Source: Octopus sinensis (Eukaryota). Taken from it: a stretch of DNA of 64,000 nt. The stretch covers positions 71,114,001 through 71,178,000 of the forward strand of contig NC_043005.1 of assembly GCF_006345805.1 (NCBI RefSeq), read 5' to 3'. Both the position numbers and the translations under genes were made by a program. Below, piece by piece: positions 39,906 to 54,318 of the stretch. Position 1 is the stretch's first letter; each line of letters starts with the position of its first letter. Below the pieces are notes generated by a model. That model was given only the letters and a program-made list of their open reading frames with translations. It ran no database searches and was not told where the DNA came from.

Positions 39906-41557
39906 TGAACGTCTAACTTCAACATGAACGTCTAACTTCAAAAAGTAGTTAACCATTTAATGGTTTTAGTAAATTTATACAGAAAAAGTAAGCATTGTAC
40001 TGCCAAGCATAAATAAAAGTCAACTTCATTATATTTTTTCTGTAGTAACCTATTCTGAAATTAATTTAATCAACTTTCAGTACAAATTACGTCATTTATC
40101 AACAAAAGAATTGCTAAAATAATTCTGGAAACGATCTACTCATGTAATTTATGAAACCCCTAAAGTTTACTTACGTTTTTGTGATGTTTATGGTGTTATG
40201 GGCTTTGATGAGCTATGTGGTGCTGGTGGAGAGGATTGCAGATGAGGTAGACGGAAGTGAAGACTGCAAGAGCCGGCAGAACAGCCACGGGGCATGCATG
40301 GGCCGGAAGCACGTGCTGGCAGTTCGATGAGAGACTACTTTTTTGGGCGAAAAATAAGTGCGTAAATTACATAGGTTTTTTTAAGGTATATATGCATATA
40401 TATATATGCACACACAATTATTGGTAAATGTAGATATTGTAATTATAATTATATCATACTTTAGCTCGTCAACACCTGGCATAAAGCCACCTTCCTCAAC
40501 TTTGCACCCACACTCCATCAGGGTATCTTGTCTTGAGAGTTCCTTGGTAACCTCACATTGAAGACCAATGCAGCCTTCTGGCTTGTCAGATCTTATCAAA
40601 CTGTCCAACTCATGCCAGCATGGAACACAGACATTAAACGACCATAACAAGGATGATGATGATGATGAAGATGATAAGAAGGAGGACTATATTTTCCTAT
40701 TAGTGTTTCCGTATTTATACTTTTAAAGACGCCAAGATGTGATATGAGTGATGGCCAGCTGGTATTTCTTGCAGCTTGAGCCTCTATGTAGTGGCTTCTC
40801 ATATTGGCAATGTATAGATTCATATGCTTATATATTTGTATGTGTTGCAACAATATTATATATTTACTGATGGAGTTTGTCTAATTATATATTTGTTCTT
40901 ACATTATTTATAATTTATTGAATAAGAAGTTTGAGAGCCTACTAAGATTAATGATTTGTGTATTAATTCAATGTCTCAGTACATCTATACATCTCTATAC
41001 AAACATGGTAAATTTCTTAATTGGTGACAAATAACAATCAAAGTCTTTGAAACATAGTGCATTACGAGTCATGTGATATGAGGTTAACTGTCTTAACTGT
41101 CTCATATATTATTCTAGTATTAATAGACTAGAAATTCTGATTAATGAAGCAATTGTTTAAACCTTTTCATATTAATCTACCTGAGAGAGTATCTTTTGCT
41201 ATTACAGACTGATTATTATCTTAACCCTGTAGCGTTCAGATTATTCAATCAAACATAATGCCTATTGATTCCAATTGATTTGAATTAATCATGCATTATC
41301 CCATATCCTCAGGAGCTTGATGGTGTAATTACTTAATGTAGAATAACATTGTAGTGTAGGTGTGAGAGCCTGGATCTGGTCAGTTTGAACATAAAAGAGA
41401 TTAACTATTTTGGCCGGATTTGGCCAGTTTAAATACTAAAGGGTTAAAGTTTGTGTATATATATATATATATATAATATATATATATATGTCGGTCCCGA
41501 GTTGAGTCAGGGTTAACCACAGTAAATAAGGTACTCAATACATAGCAGAGTAAAGTA

Positions 41558-41683
41558 ATTTATTTTATAGAAGGAGCTTCTACAGGACTAGAACTGTTTC
41601 ATTCAGATGAAATCTTCAGGAAGCTTCCTGAAGATTTCATCTGAATGAAACAGTTCTAGTCCTGTAGAAGCTCCTTCTATAAA

Positions 41684-41689
<6 letters not shown>
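41558..41689. repeat. Perfect 132-bp palindrome (no loop) in a short insert between (TA)n tracts
   Basis: Centre aag|ctt at 41623/41624, with arms exactly complementary. Confidence 0.92.
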
Positions 41690-41739
<50 letters not shown>

Positions 41740-41763
41740 GATAGATAGATAGATAGATAGATC

Positions 41764-41799
<36 letters not shown>

Positions 41800-41802
41800 T
41801 AG

Positions 41803-41851
<49 letters not shown>

Positions 41852-42254
41852 TAGATACATATATATATTCATATTTAAAATTATAATCTTCCATCATAAT
41901 TTCACATTAGGGCTTTGTTATTTAGTTCCAGGCACCAAATTTATTAAGAAAAAATCGGTTAGTTTGCTCGATACTTCTAAATGCATGAATATTTTTCACA
42001 ATTAAGAACCTGAGATTCTCAGCAGGGCCATGAAAGATCCATGCTAGGAATATTATTGTGAGAGAATATCCAAAATGCGGTAATTCAAGAATGGAACTGA
42101 GTGAATGACATAATTGCAGAGTATCAAAAGCACAAATTTTGCTGGGCTGGATATGTCACAGGGTTCACACTAGGTTTACACACAACAGGTTGACCTCTGC
42201 AGTTGCTGAATGGCATCCAAGAAATCAGGTAAAAAGCCACTATGATGATGGGAA

Positions 42255-42540
42255 TCATCATCATCATCATCATCGTTTAACGTCCGCTTTCCATGCTAGC
42301 ATGGGTTGGACGATTTTGACTGAGGGCTGGCAAACCTGATGGCTGCACCAAGCTCCAATCTTGAACTGGCAGAGTTTCTACAGCTGGATGCCCTTCCTAA
42401 TGCCAACCACTCTGAGAGTGTAATGGGTGTTTTTTACATGCCACCAGCACGGGGCCAGTCAAGCAGTACTGGCAATGACCTCGCTCAAATCTTTTTACAC
42501 ATGCCACCGGCACAGGTGCCAGTAAGGCAACGTTGGTGAT
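42255..42540 (-). mobile_element. RTE LINE 3' UTR fragment
   Basis: (CAT)n-cgtttaacgtccgctttccatgctagcatgggttggacg, the same as 24247-24500. Similar fragments at ~27835, ~35635, ~40460-40670, ~57615-57890 and ~63830-63985. Confidence 0.8.
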
Positions 42541-45051
42541 TTAGAAAAACAGTTTGGGCCAAGCAGGAAAAGAATGGTGGAATCAAGAAAGAATTGGAAG
42601 TGCATTGTGACTAGTGGTGTAAAGCAACATTTGATAATCAAGTCGATACAGGTGATACAGGAAATAAAAAGAGGTGTTGTAAATTTCATTAGAAACAGCA
42701 ACAAATTAAGTATTTCTAACTTTTTCTTTGCTCACTTCTTTGTGTCACAAGTCTACTTCACAGCATCTGATTTTTAACTGTTTCTGAAATAACAGCTGTA
42801 ATATGAATAATGTCTTCACAGCCACAGTCCTGCCTTTCTTAGAAGTAAAATAGAAAGCTGAGATATTCTGAGACATTCTGAAAATATATTACTGAATCTA
42901 AAAAATGTCTTACTGATGGAGTGGAAACTGGTTTCAATAGAAATTCAAAATTAGATCCTCAACCTCGTATATTCAGTGTATAGTCAGCACCAGAGAGAGA
43001 TATAAATAGATATTGATTTTTTTAAATTTTTTTTTTTTTGTGTAGGCATTGGTACTGCATTTAGAAGGAACAGGATAGAAAATGAGAGTCTGTGACATTT
43101 ATTCTTTTCTCGAAACCTTTTAGGGTGTAAATAAAGGAAAAAATGACTATAGTTAGTCTGAAATGAAAATGTGGTCAACTTGATTTATGGGCAGAGAAAG
43201 AATGTAATAGCATTGAGTCACTTTAGCAGATATAGAAATAGGATTGGTTAATTTCAAAAACGAGTTGCAACAGAGAAAAAGATGATCTACAATTTCACAA
43301 TAAACTGTTTTTCCCTATAAGGAAATAATGTATATCTATTAGCAATTGTCCCTCTTCAATCAAAACTTGCATGTCTATTAGCAATTGTTCCTCATCAATC
43401 TTGATTTGTAAATCCTTTATTTAAGGGTTTTACCATATTCAGCAATATTTATTTTCAGCCAACAAAGTGATCTGTTATGCATTTACTTGACCTGGTAAGA
43501 ATAGTAGCTAATTCCCTTTCAGATTACACCTGACTGTCTTGAGTTGTGAAGACAACATTAAATAATGTTAAATAATTCTGTTCTAAATACACTATGTCTG
43601 AAATTAATAACAGGATTATCAAGGCTGGAATATCTTTGATCATATATTTGATCAGTCTGGAGTAGCTTGGGGGCTAACCAACAACAATAATAACAATCGT
43701 TTTGAAAGGATGATAGGTTTAATTGAACAAACAGACAATGATGTTCAGGAGATTTTAAATAAATTCCTGAACTCGTTAACTGCTCTCACCCCTCTAATAT
43801 TAATCACCTTCCATATAATATTAATTATCTTCTAAATAATTTGGGCTTTTGCTCATCTTCTAGATTTTGTAGTTTGAAGTGGGTGAGAAATACACTTCCA
43901 CCTGGATATGAAGTTAGTCTTTTGTAGAGAACTTTACCCATAGAAAGAATTATACTCTGATAGTAAACCTATCAGTTCTTTCTTAGTACAGTCACTCCTA
44001 ACAGTTAGAGATACCAATTCATTGTGAGTGCAAATTCTAGGCTTTAGAAATAATACAGTGTAACATATAGGCATACATACTGACATATTTCGAACTAGTT
44101 CTGTCAGTTCAGCTCTCTTTGTCATTATTATTATTTAGCCCTGATAAAAACAGAGCAGTGACCAAAGGCATTCCAGCTGTGAGATGCTATTAGCATCTTT
44201 TTACATATCAAAGACTAAATACATTTCCCAAAGTATCCTTATTTATTTTAACAGTAGGGTATGTATTGCAGGTGGCTTGGCAATTAATTCTAGCAGGATG
44301 AACACTTGCATAATGGTTCCCTCTTTGGTTCTTTCAGCTATCGTTATCTCCGTATGGCGTAATCCTCTGTTCTAAATAAGGATTTTAATTTGAGAGCACT
44401 AAATCAGAATTAATGTCAAAGTCTCCTAAAAGTTTGGAAAGTTCAAGATTTTATCATTTTATTTTATTTTATTCCTTTAATTTATTCTATAGCACATGTC
44501 ATTGAAGAATTTGTGAAAGGAACTAAAAATAAAATATAAAAAATCGAGCAGGTATAAAAAAAAAAATCAGAACTCACAACATGTGCAAGAAAATTGATTG
44601 AGTTATATCGGTTCTCATAGCAACAAAATGTCATCTAGGATACCTATTAGAATCTATTTTCTGGCCATTTCGTTTATATCATCCTTATCAATTTATTCAA
44701 TTGCACTGGCAGCAGAAACACCTAGTCAAAACCTTTAACCACTAAGACATGCCCTCATCCATAAATTTCTAGTCTAAATGCTGACATATCCAATATATTT
44801 CTGTCATCATACACACTACAGAAGCTACACAGCATATACTGCGTTTTTCTCACAATAGATTTAATATCTAAAGTTAGGGCAACTGCAGCAATGTCTGTTA
44901 TGAAAGGAGAAAGGAAAAATCAGGATTCAAGCCATGATATTTGACAATTGTGAAAGATGAATTCTGAGTTGAATTCTGCAACCTAGCATTTGGATGAGCA
45001 TCTTGAACAGAATATTGAGTGAAATCAAGTTGAAAGAAAATGCAGAAATAC

Positions 45052-45093
<42 letters not shown>

Positions 45094-45223
45094 TTTGTAA
45101 TATGTATGTATTCTCATGCATATAGTTGCATAGCTAGACATGCTCATATATATCTAAATGACAATTTTTTGATGTTTGTATGTACACACACACACACATA
45201 TGCATGCATACATATATACATAC

Positions 45224-45254
<31 letters not shown>

Positions 45255-45299
45255 CATGTATGTGTGCATATACACACATATATAATTGAGAGATAGATA

Positions 45300-45495
<196 letters not shown>

Positions 45496-45719
45496 CCTGC
45501 AGTTTTCTAGATTTTGTTAAACTATCCAGATATAAAGCATGTAAGACATGATCCATGTAGCAATTCTGTTTTTTAAATAATTATGAATAATTTGAGCAAT
45601 ATTTAGCTTCTCTTTTGCAGCAGATTACACATTGTTGTAACTGTTATTGTTGCATAACCCCAGGTCATTTCTGATTCATCTTGATCAAACCTATGATCAA
45701 ATGTATTCCAATCATATAT

Positions 45720-46468
45720 CCATATATCCAAATTAGGTGTTGAAAAAACGTCAGCAAGCTCATGGTTTGGGTCCGATACCAATTGAATGTGGTGAACAGG
45801 GCCAACGAATGTCCATCTGAAATTTGTTGCAGCTGTGTGGGAAAAAAACCAATCGCATTTTTGAGTAAATGATGATGAGACGTCTACATCATTGTGAAAC
45901 CCAAATGGTCATGGGGAAAGTGTGGCAAACCACCACAAACAATCTCCAAAGCAGGACTTCACCTAAAGAGTGCTATGCTTCCAGTTGGATGTGGTTTGGA
46001 AGGTATTTTATTTCCTGAGCCTCTTCTCACAAACAGGATCATCAATTTGGAAGTGTCCTGTGACCAGCTGGACAAATTAAACATATCAATCTACCAAAAG
46101 CGTCATAAGAGAATTGTCTTTCATCATGAAAATACCAGACTAGACATTTTTTTGCAGACAGGGCAAAAATTACTGGAGATTAGTTGGGAGGTTTTGGCAC
46201 ACCCTCCATATTCATCTGATCATACACCTTCAAATTTTCACCTGCTTTGGTCTCTTCAAAATTCAGTGAATGAATAAACCTTCAACTTTGAAAAAGATAT
46301 AAATATTTACCTGGAAGAGATTTTCACTAGTAAAGACAGGAAATTCTTTGAGCAGGAAATAATGGATCTGCCCATAAGGAGACAGAATATATTGAAACTA
46401 AATCACTTTATGTTTAAAACTTGTTTCTAATTTTCCAACAAAAATCAAACATTTTGGCCCACCCAGTA
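45720..46468 (+). mobile_element. Degenerate mariner transposon (transposase C-terminal half and right end)
   Basis: KPPQTISKAGLH, IVFHHENTR and WEVLAHPPYSSDHTPSNFHLLWSLQN (mariner HPPYSPDLAPSD motif). TIR-like ttttggcccacccagta at the end. Confidence 0.85.
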
Positions 46469-48052
46469 ATTACAGAACTAAAACTACAGCCATCACATGC
46501 CAGAGAGCATGACATGTAGCATGAGCCATTATTTCTCTTGACCCAGCTTCCATGGTGTATAAGGGACTGAGATTACAAAACTTCTCCAGAATGGGAAGTC
46601 AGTCTCTCATAGGGTTTACTTCCTTGAACAGGACACCTACCCATCACAGATTTTAAAACCAGCAATTTCTGAGAGGAGGGTACAAGCTGATTACATCAAT
46701 CCCTGTACTTGGCTGGTATTTTAGTACCAGCCAAATGTGAGACCTCATCAGTTTTGCAGCGAAGTGATTCCTTTGTTGAAAACTAAAAATGTCCTGTGTA
46801 GATAAAGGAATATGTGTCAAAGCCATTAGACGAACAGAAACTGACAGGAAAACTACTAAACAACATAAAGAGACAAACCACTAACTTCATTAGACATGAT
46901 ATGAGAAGACAAAGTCTTGATCACTTAATGACATTTGGAAAATTGAAAGAAAGAATTTGAGGAAGAGAGGGAAAGAGAAGAAACTCAATGATCTGATTAT
47001 CTTGCTACAGAAAGACCAAACAAATTATTTGCTAATTTGTGGGCCGAACATACAAGGTAGAAATTTATATTTATCAACACCTATAAGAATGGGACATAAA
47101 GAAGAAAATCAGTACATATGTATACCTTTGCAGCAAAGAGCAACATGTTTGGCCCACAAAGTTTTAAATCAATTTTAATGCTTGTTATATATATTCAAAG
47201 AGATGCAGCACGAAGCTTTGTCAGTGAAGAGGTCGCGGTCTCAAAGTGACAAAAATATTTTGACAAATTAAATTTAAATGTTGAAGGGAATCTAACGGTT
47301 TTGTGTGTTTCTGAAATGGCTTATAAGCACCTTCCATGCTGAAATTTTTTTCATTCCAGCACACGATCTCAGATCAAGTCACTCACTATGCAAGTACATC
47401 TCCATAATATATATATGTCATCTCCTTACAAAGGTAATGACAGAGGACTGAGATAGTATATCGTAGATTGTTGTACTCAAGAAAACCTACCCACTAGAAC
47501 AGAATGGTGATCCTAAAATAAAATGCCACATGATGAGTAGTGGTGTTGGTGTCTATGGTTTTTAAGCAGAAGAGAGATCATGTTTTGGGTGTACCAAAAT
47601 AGCAAAAAAGGAAGAGAGTGCCAAAACACTGGAATATATAGGTGTCAGCTGTCACACCATCTGGTGGCCCATCTCATAAAAAGGGATGTAATTCCACTAT
47701 CTTCACTTTCTGGTGGTGCTTGCCAGCAAAGGGACGTAATTAAGTTACCTTCACAATGCTACAGTGTCATGCTAAATACAATTGTGATAGTACTGCACAA
47801 AAAGTACCCAGCACACTCTGTAGAGTAATTAGTGTTAAGAAGTGCATCCAGCCTTAGAAACCAAGTCAAAACAAACTGTGGCCATGCAAGTTCTTGTCAA
47901 TCCATCAGCATGGAAAACAAATGTTAAATGTTTATGATGATGTCTAGCTGGACCCATGAAAAATTCATGGAAAATATAAAAAATGTAAGCATCTGTAAGT
48001 TGTGTGCTGGTGCCATGAGAAATGTTTCTATATTGTGACTGTTAAAGACAGG

Positions 48053-48390
48053 GAGCTGGCAGAAACGTTAGCACGCCGGGCGAAATGCGAGGTCGACTTT
48101 GCCTTTCATCCTTTCGGGGTCAATAAATTAAGTACCAGTTACGCACTGGGGTCGATATAATCGACTTAATCCGTTTGTTTGTCCTTGTTTGTCCCCTCTG
48201 TATTTAGTCCCTTGTGGGTAGTAAAGAAATAGGTATTTCGTCTGTCTTTATATTCTGAGTTCAAATTCCGCCAGTGTCGAATATGCCTTTCATCCTTTTG
48301 GGGTCGATAAATTAAGTACCAGTTGCATACTAGGATCGATCTAATTGACTGACCCTCACCCCTACAAAATTTCAGAACTTGTGCCTTGGT
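48053..48390 (+). mobile_element. SINE family A, dimer with internal deletion
   Basis: Junction aaagaaataggtatttcg at 48223-48240. Confidence 0.82.
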
Positions 48391-49609
48391 TAGAAAATAT
48401 ATTGTGACAGTTAGAGAATATAGAAAGAAGGGTAAAACTGATGACAATATAATCCAACCAAAATATCTGTTACACAAACGTAAATAGAATTACTATTTAA
48501 CCCTCTTTGTTTAGTAGCACGGAATGTTTTTCTTGTAATCTTTTACTTGTTTCAGTTATTTTACTGTGACCATGCTGGAGCACCACCATTTAGTCAAAGA
48601 AATTAACCCCTGGACATATTCCCTGTAAGCCTGGTGTTTATTCTATCAGTCTCTTCTGTTGAACAGCCAAGTTACAGGGATGCAAACATACCAACATCGG
48701 TTGTCAAGCAATGGTGATGGAGGGACAAACACAGAGACATTCATATGTGTGTGTGTGTGTGTCTTTTAGCTTTTGTTTACTTATACACATCAACAAATAA
48801 GCCAATTGAACAACTCTGTGTGGTTGTTCAATTTGCTAGAAATAACAGCCAAATCGCTCTCATACTATGTTAGTATTAAGGAAAGAGAAAAAATAGAATT
48901 AATATTTTTCCTTTTGTTCGGCTCTACGAATTTAATTTATTGTATCTATTACTTGATACAAGAAAAAAGAAATTGGAAAAATCCTGACCAAAACAGAGAA
49001 ATTGTAACACAAAAAATATATAGAATGAGAAAGAAAAGGTTGTATTCAAAAGCCAGATGTCTTTTAGTTTAGGTGTAATTTTATAGTTAAAACAAATTAA
49101 AAATTTAAATTTTGGAACATGAGACTTAACATGTTATCTGGTGTATGGCCAAATTCAAATGGGTAAAAGACCTAAAACAAATGTGTGTGTGTTGTGTGTA
49201 TGCATGTGTGTGTGGTTAGGCTTTTAATAGACTGGTCAATTTCACTTCAGTTGTAGAAAGGAATTCAAAGGAATTCAGCCACTCTCTCTTTCTCACTTTC
49301 TCTCTCCCTTGCATCAACTTTAAGTATCTTAATTTTCCTATTAAGATTATTACTGCTTCAGTGGACCAGTAAGCATGGGTGTTGAGAAGCAGTAATACAA
49401 CACATAGGTGGTGGTTTCAAATCTCTTCTAAAAATTACAAGAGATCTAGTTAAAAAATTTTATTGAAACAACAAAATTTCTTTCTCTTAAGCATGACACA
49501 TGCATCAGGTAAGTACAAATAACCAATTGGTTTGTTAATATTATTGATGAAGCTGATGATACTCACATGCATATATAACATAAAATGATATTATATATAT
49601 ATATATATA

Positions 49610-50172
49610 TACAAGCAAAATGCCCCCCACCCACCGTCCAATGGACAGTGCTGAGTTGTCAAACATTTAAACCAAATTTTCTCAAAACAACTTGTCCGAT
49701 CCTCCCATTGGTCTCCCCTTTGTGCAACACTGATTTAACCTAAATTTGAGGCACCAGCAAAAGAAGAAATAAAGATAGACTTTTTTTCTATTCCAAAGAA
49801 AAACGATTTTATTCACACAAATATGCAACTGAAGAGTTTAAAGTACCAGTAATGATAAGGCTGTTGACTGGGAGAACACAAACATGGTTTAAACAGTAAG
49901 CTTGGCAGGAAAGAAACATGCCTTTAAGCAGTACAAAAACAGCAAAAATTGGAAGGTGCAGTTATGTACAGGTTGACGGAAGAAAAGCAGGACAAAAACG
50001 GCTTTATCAATCGCATTCTCACCTGGAATCGATTTTTGTAATTTTTTCAAGACTTATACACGCCCTGATACCGTCGGTATCTATATATAAAATTTGAGCA
50101 CAATCAGATGGAGGATGCCCGAGATCCTAGAAGACACACAGACAGACAGAACGGATTTTATATAAGAGATAT
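49610..50172 (-). mobile_element. Probable non-autonomous Helitron-like element
   Basis: On the minus strand it starts a|TCtcttatataaaa followed by a ctgtctgt tract, and ends gggcattttgcttgt (CTAGT-like), resembling the terminus at 12-40. Confidence 0.45.
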
Positions 50173-50916
50173 GTGTGTGTGTATATATATATTATTGACA
50201 TCATACGAATTTTATAAACATTCGAAAGAACATGGAATAATTCTTTTTTGCGGGGAATATCTCAAAGCATGCTCATAAAACTATAACTAATAAGCATGTA
50301 AATATTGGGTTCAAAAACCCCTTTTGATAGAAAAAGTCAAAGCCTTTGAGACATTCACAAAAGAAGGATTACACACACACATACATATACATAGTAGCTT
50401 TTTAAATGCTGGTGGGATATAGGATAACTTTCACCACATTATTCAATGTGCCTTAGATAGAAACAGGTTCTAAAGTAAAGTATTGCCATAAAGATTCTCT
50501 TGACACAACTTCAAGGAAAAGCTGAATGGATAAGATGCAGCATTTTGAAATAGTTGAATGTCCTGTGATCTTCTTGCTTTCTATATCTTATGAGTCCTTC
50601 ATTGCAATCTTGTGATAAAAAGGTGCTACATCATAACTGATAAGGTTTAATTGGCTGAAACAGATAAACTATGCTATAATTTTTCTTCCTGGCTTTCTCC
50701 TTACCATGTAACATATGTCTCTTTCTTTCTTTCTCTCTCTCTTTTTAATTTATAGTTTCTTAAAATTCAGAAGTAGAAGTTTGAATATTGCTCTTGTATC
50801 ATCTGCAGTTAACATACTCCTGTGCATTCATATATAGAGAGATGTATGCATATACACATACATGAATGCAGCTTCACAACCATGTAAATATAGACGCATA
50901 TATATGTGTGTGTGTG

Positions 50917-50968
<52 letters not shown>

Positions 50969-51123
50969 TTTCCCCTCATACACACATACATACACATAAT
51001 ATAATCATTCAACATCAGTCTTAAATACACATTTCTATATTTGTGTGCATCGGATTCTGTATTGTATGTGTGAGGATGCCTGAGGCTGTCTCTCTATTTA
51101 TGTGTGTATATAAATATATATAT

Positions 51124-51170
<47 letters not shown>

Positions 51171-53559
51171 GCACATATATGTGTGTGTGCATGTAGTTAT
51201 GTCTATATATTCATACACACACACAAATATATCCACACACATGAACTATGCTCGCAGGCACACCTGCACAGGTTCACCTCAAGTTATTTCATTTATCTCT
51301 CTTAACTTAGTACTCATTAAATGATATTTAAATTAATTAATTTCATCTTTAATTCTGACATATTCATCAACACTATGTCATATCTAATAATTTACAATTT
51401 AATACAAAACACTTGATTTCTATTAATTTTCATTTAAATTAATATTTTTACTATATGTACTTTTAGATTCATTTTATTTTATTTTTCATATATTTTTTCT
51501 GCATGCACTTGGTTTTATAGCTCAAATGGTTGGAAATATTGTCTTTATTTTCCTTCTTATTATTATTTTACATGAGTGTGTCTGTATGTATCTATCTGCC
51601 TGCCTATCTTTCTCCCACTCTATATGTAACATATGGTATAATTATAAACAGGGCAAATTTTAGCCATTTCTTTGCAGAGTGGAAAAAAATTATGAACAAC
51701 TTTAATCGATTTTCAAACCTTATTGGTTTCTCAGAGGAATCCAGAGAAACAAGCAGCCAAACTGTTAATATACTCAACAAATGCAGCAGTTACTCTGCGA
51801 AGGAGTCCCTGATTTCCATGCTGACCACAAATACCAGCAGCCTGTCAATGTTATTGAAGTGTGATTAAGTGTATAACAAAAATACATAAAAGTAGAAAAA
51901 TATATTTTAATAAAATGGGAAACGTTGAATTGAAATTGGAACGAGTTGGGCCAATCAAGGCCTTGTGAGATTTTGTAGAAGGAAACTGAAAGAAGCCCAT
52001 CATCAGTAATAGTAATAGGCTTAGTTTTGTTTGTTTTTGTACGTATCTGTGGTGTGTGTCACACTTACTTTAAAGGAAGAGGTTAAAAGTTGAAGGGGGA
52101 GGTACAAAGAGTGAGAGAATTACAACGTGAGAGAGAGGAGGGGCAGAGTGGGAGTTAGAGAGAAAGAGAAAGAGTGAGAGAGAGAGAGAGTGGTGACTGA
52201 AAGGAAAAATGGTTATCAGTAGTTTCAGAGTAGACTGATACATACATCGAAAGAAATGTAGATACATAGATCCAAAGATCTATGTAGAGACATAGACACA
52301 TTGGTAAATCAAAGACAAATAACTACAGCAAATATTGGATGTCACTTTCACTTTTCATTACCACACGAGGATAAAATTAACTCACAAGTAGTTGAGTATT
52401 CCACAGACATGCGCATCATTAACTTAGTTCTCAGGGAGATTCGGCCTCACACAGAATGTGACAAGGCTGGCCCCTTTGAATTACAGCTACAACTCATTTT
52501 GGCCAGCTGAGTGGACTGGAGCAAGATAAACCTTCACATGGTTAGAAGAAAATGGAAAAAAAATCCAATACAGGGGCAGGAAAATCTTTTTAGCATTGGG
52601 GCCACTATGGGTGTTAATCCGGTCCTAACAGCAGCCTATCTATCTGCCTATATGTCTGTCTGCCTTCCTCTCTCTCTCTTCCTCAGTAAATACCTGTGGC
52701 TGTTTCTGTTACTTTTCTCCACTTGAAGGGAGAGGTAGAAATAAAAATAAAAATAGAAGGTGTTAAGCAGAGGAGATATACTTGAAGTGAGTGGTAAAGT
52801 GAAAGAGAGGAGGGACAGAGAGGGAGTAAGAGAGTAAGTGGTAACTGAAAGGAAGGTGGCATTGGTCTTGTCTTTTTAAATGTTTATCTGTCTTTTCAGA
52901 GTAGACAGATACGTAACCAAAGCAATTACTGGATGTTACTTTTACTTTCCTACAGTATAATTAATTTACATAATTAATTTAGAGTATAATTAATTCACAT
53001 AACAAGCTGTCGGTTATTTCTGTGACAACTCGACAATTCACTTCGGATATCTTTGTGACCTCCGAAAATTTGCGGATTTTACATACACACATAAAGCAGG
53101 TAAGAACAAATATGCAAGGCTTTTTGCTGGCATAATTTCATTATATCTATATTCATCAACACATAAAAACATAAAAAATACATAAAATACATAAAAACAT
53201 AACACACATCATGGAGGTCATGAAGATATCTGAAGTGAATTGTCAAGTTGACATGGAAACAACCAAGGTCTTGTTATGGTTTTGTTGAGATAAAACAAAG
53301 GAATGCCATTTACTGTTTTCTATATACTGGGTCCTCAGCCAATATTGGATATTACTGTGTCACAATGTAGAAACATTTCTCATGCAATCAGCACACTATA
53401 TACAGATGCTTACATTTTTAATGTTTTCCGTTAAGTTTTGACAGGTCCAGCTAGTATATGTAAATATGAGTGCGTCATGTAACTTAACAGTTTGGCAAAA
53501 GAGACCTATAGATAAGCACCAAGCTTAGAAAAGTAGCAGTCTTGTCTTTTGTCTTTGTC

Positions 53560-53936
53560 TTTTACTTGTTTCAGTCATTTGACTGCGGCCATGCTGGAGC
53601 ACCGCCTTTAGTCGAGCAAATCGACCCCAGGACTTATTCTTTGTAAGCCCAGTACTTAATCCATCGGTCTCTTTTGCCGAACCGCTAAGTGACGGGGACG
53701 TAAACACACCAGCATCAGTTGTCAATCAATGCTAGGGGAACAAACACACACACATACATACATATATATATATACATATATACGACAGGCTTCTTTCAGT
53801 TTCCGTCTACCAAATCCACTAACAAGGCATTGGTCGGCCCGGGGCTATAGCAGAAGACACTTGCCCAAGATGCCACGCAGTGGGACTGAACCTGGAACCA
53901 TGTGGTTGGTTAGCAAGCTACTTACCACACAGCCAC
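53560..53936 (-). mobile_element. SINE family B, young copy
   Basis: Matches 39505-39905. Confidence 0.88.
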
Positions 53937-54029
53937 ATTGATTTGTTCAACTTAAATTTTTCAAGGTGGTGCCTCAGTATGGCTGCAAACTAATGACTGA
54001 GGCAGTTTGCTGTTGTTTGTTCCTTCTCA

Positions 54030-54318
54030 AGCCATGCCTGGCTCATAAGGGCCGGTTTCCCGGTTTCTTGGCATATAGGTTCCCCACCTGGATGGGACAC
54101 CGGTCTGTTGCAGGTGAGCTGCAAGATGCAGGAGGAAAGAGTGACAGAAAGTTATGGCAAAAGTGTCAGCAGAAGTCTTGCCATTACCTTCTGCCAGAGA
54201 TGCATGGAGCTTAGGTGTTTCGCTCATAAACACACACATTACCGGCTCTGAAATCTGAACCCATGACCCCTCGACCGTGAGTCCGCTGCTCTAACCACTA
54301 GGCCATGTGCCTCCACAA
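54030..54318 (-). mobile_element. tRNA-derived SINE, family C
   Basis: Head gtggaggcacatggcctagtggttagagc...gggttcag. A related head occurs at 55950. Confidence 0.65.

Noticed and set aside
39905-39941. 19-bp tandem duplication atgaacgtctaacttcaa next to a SINE
   Set aside because: A local slippage duplication, not flanking the SINE as a TSD, with no further structure.
43750-44900. Several short protein-like frames with splice-like sites
   Set aside because: They could not be chained. One join needs a 36-nt intron, others contain in-frame stops, and no homology was recognised.
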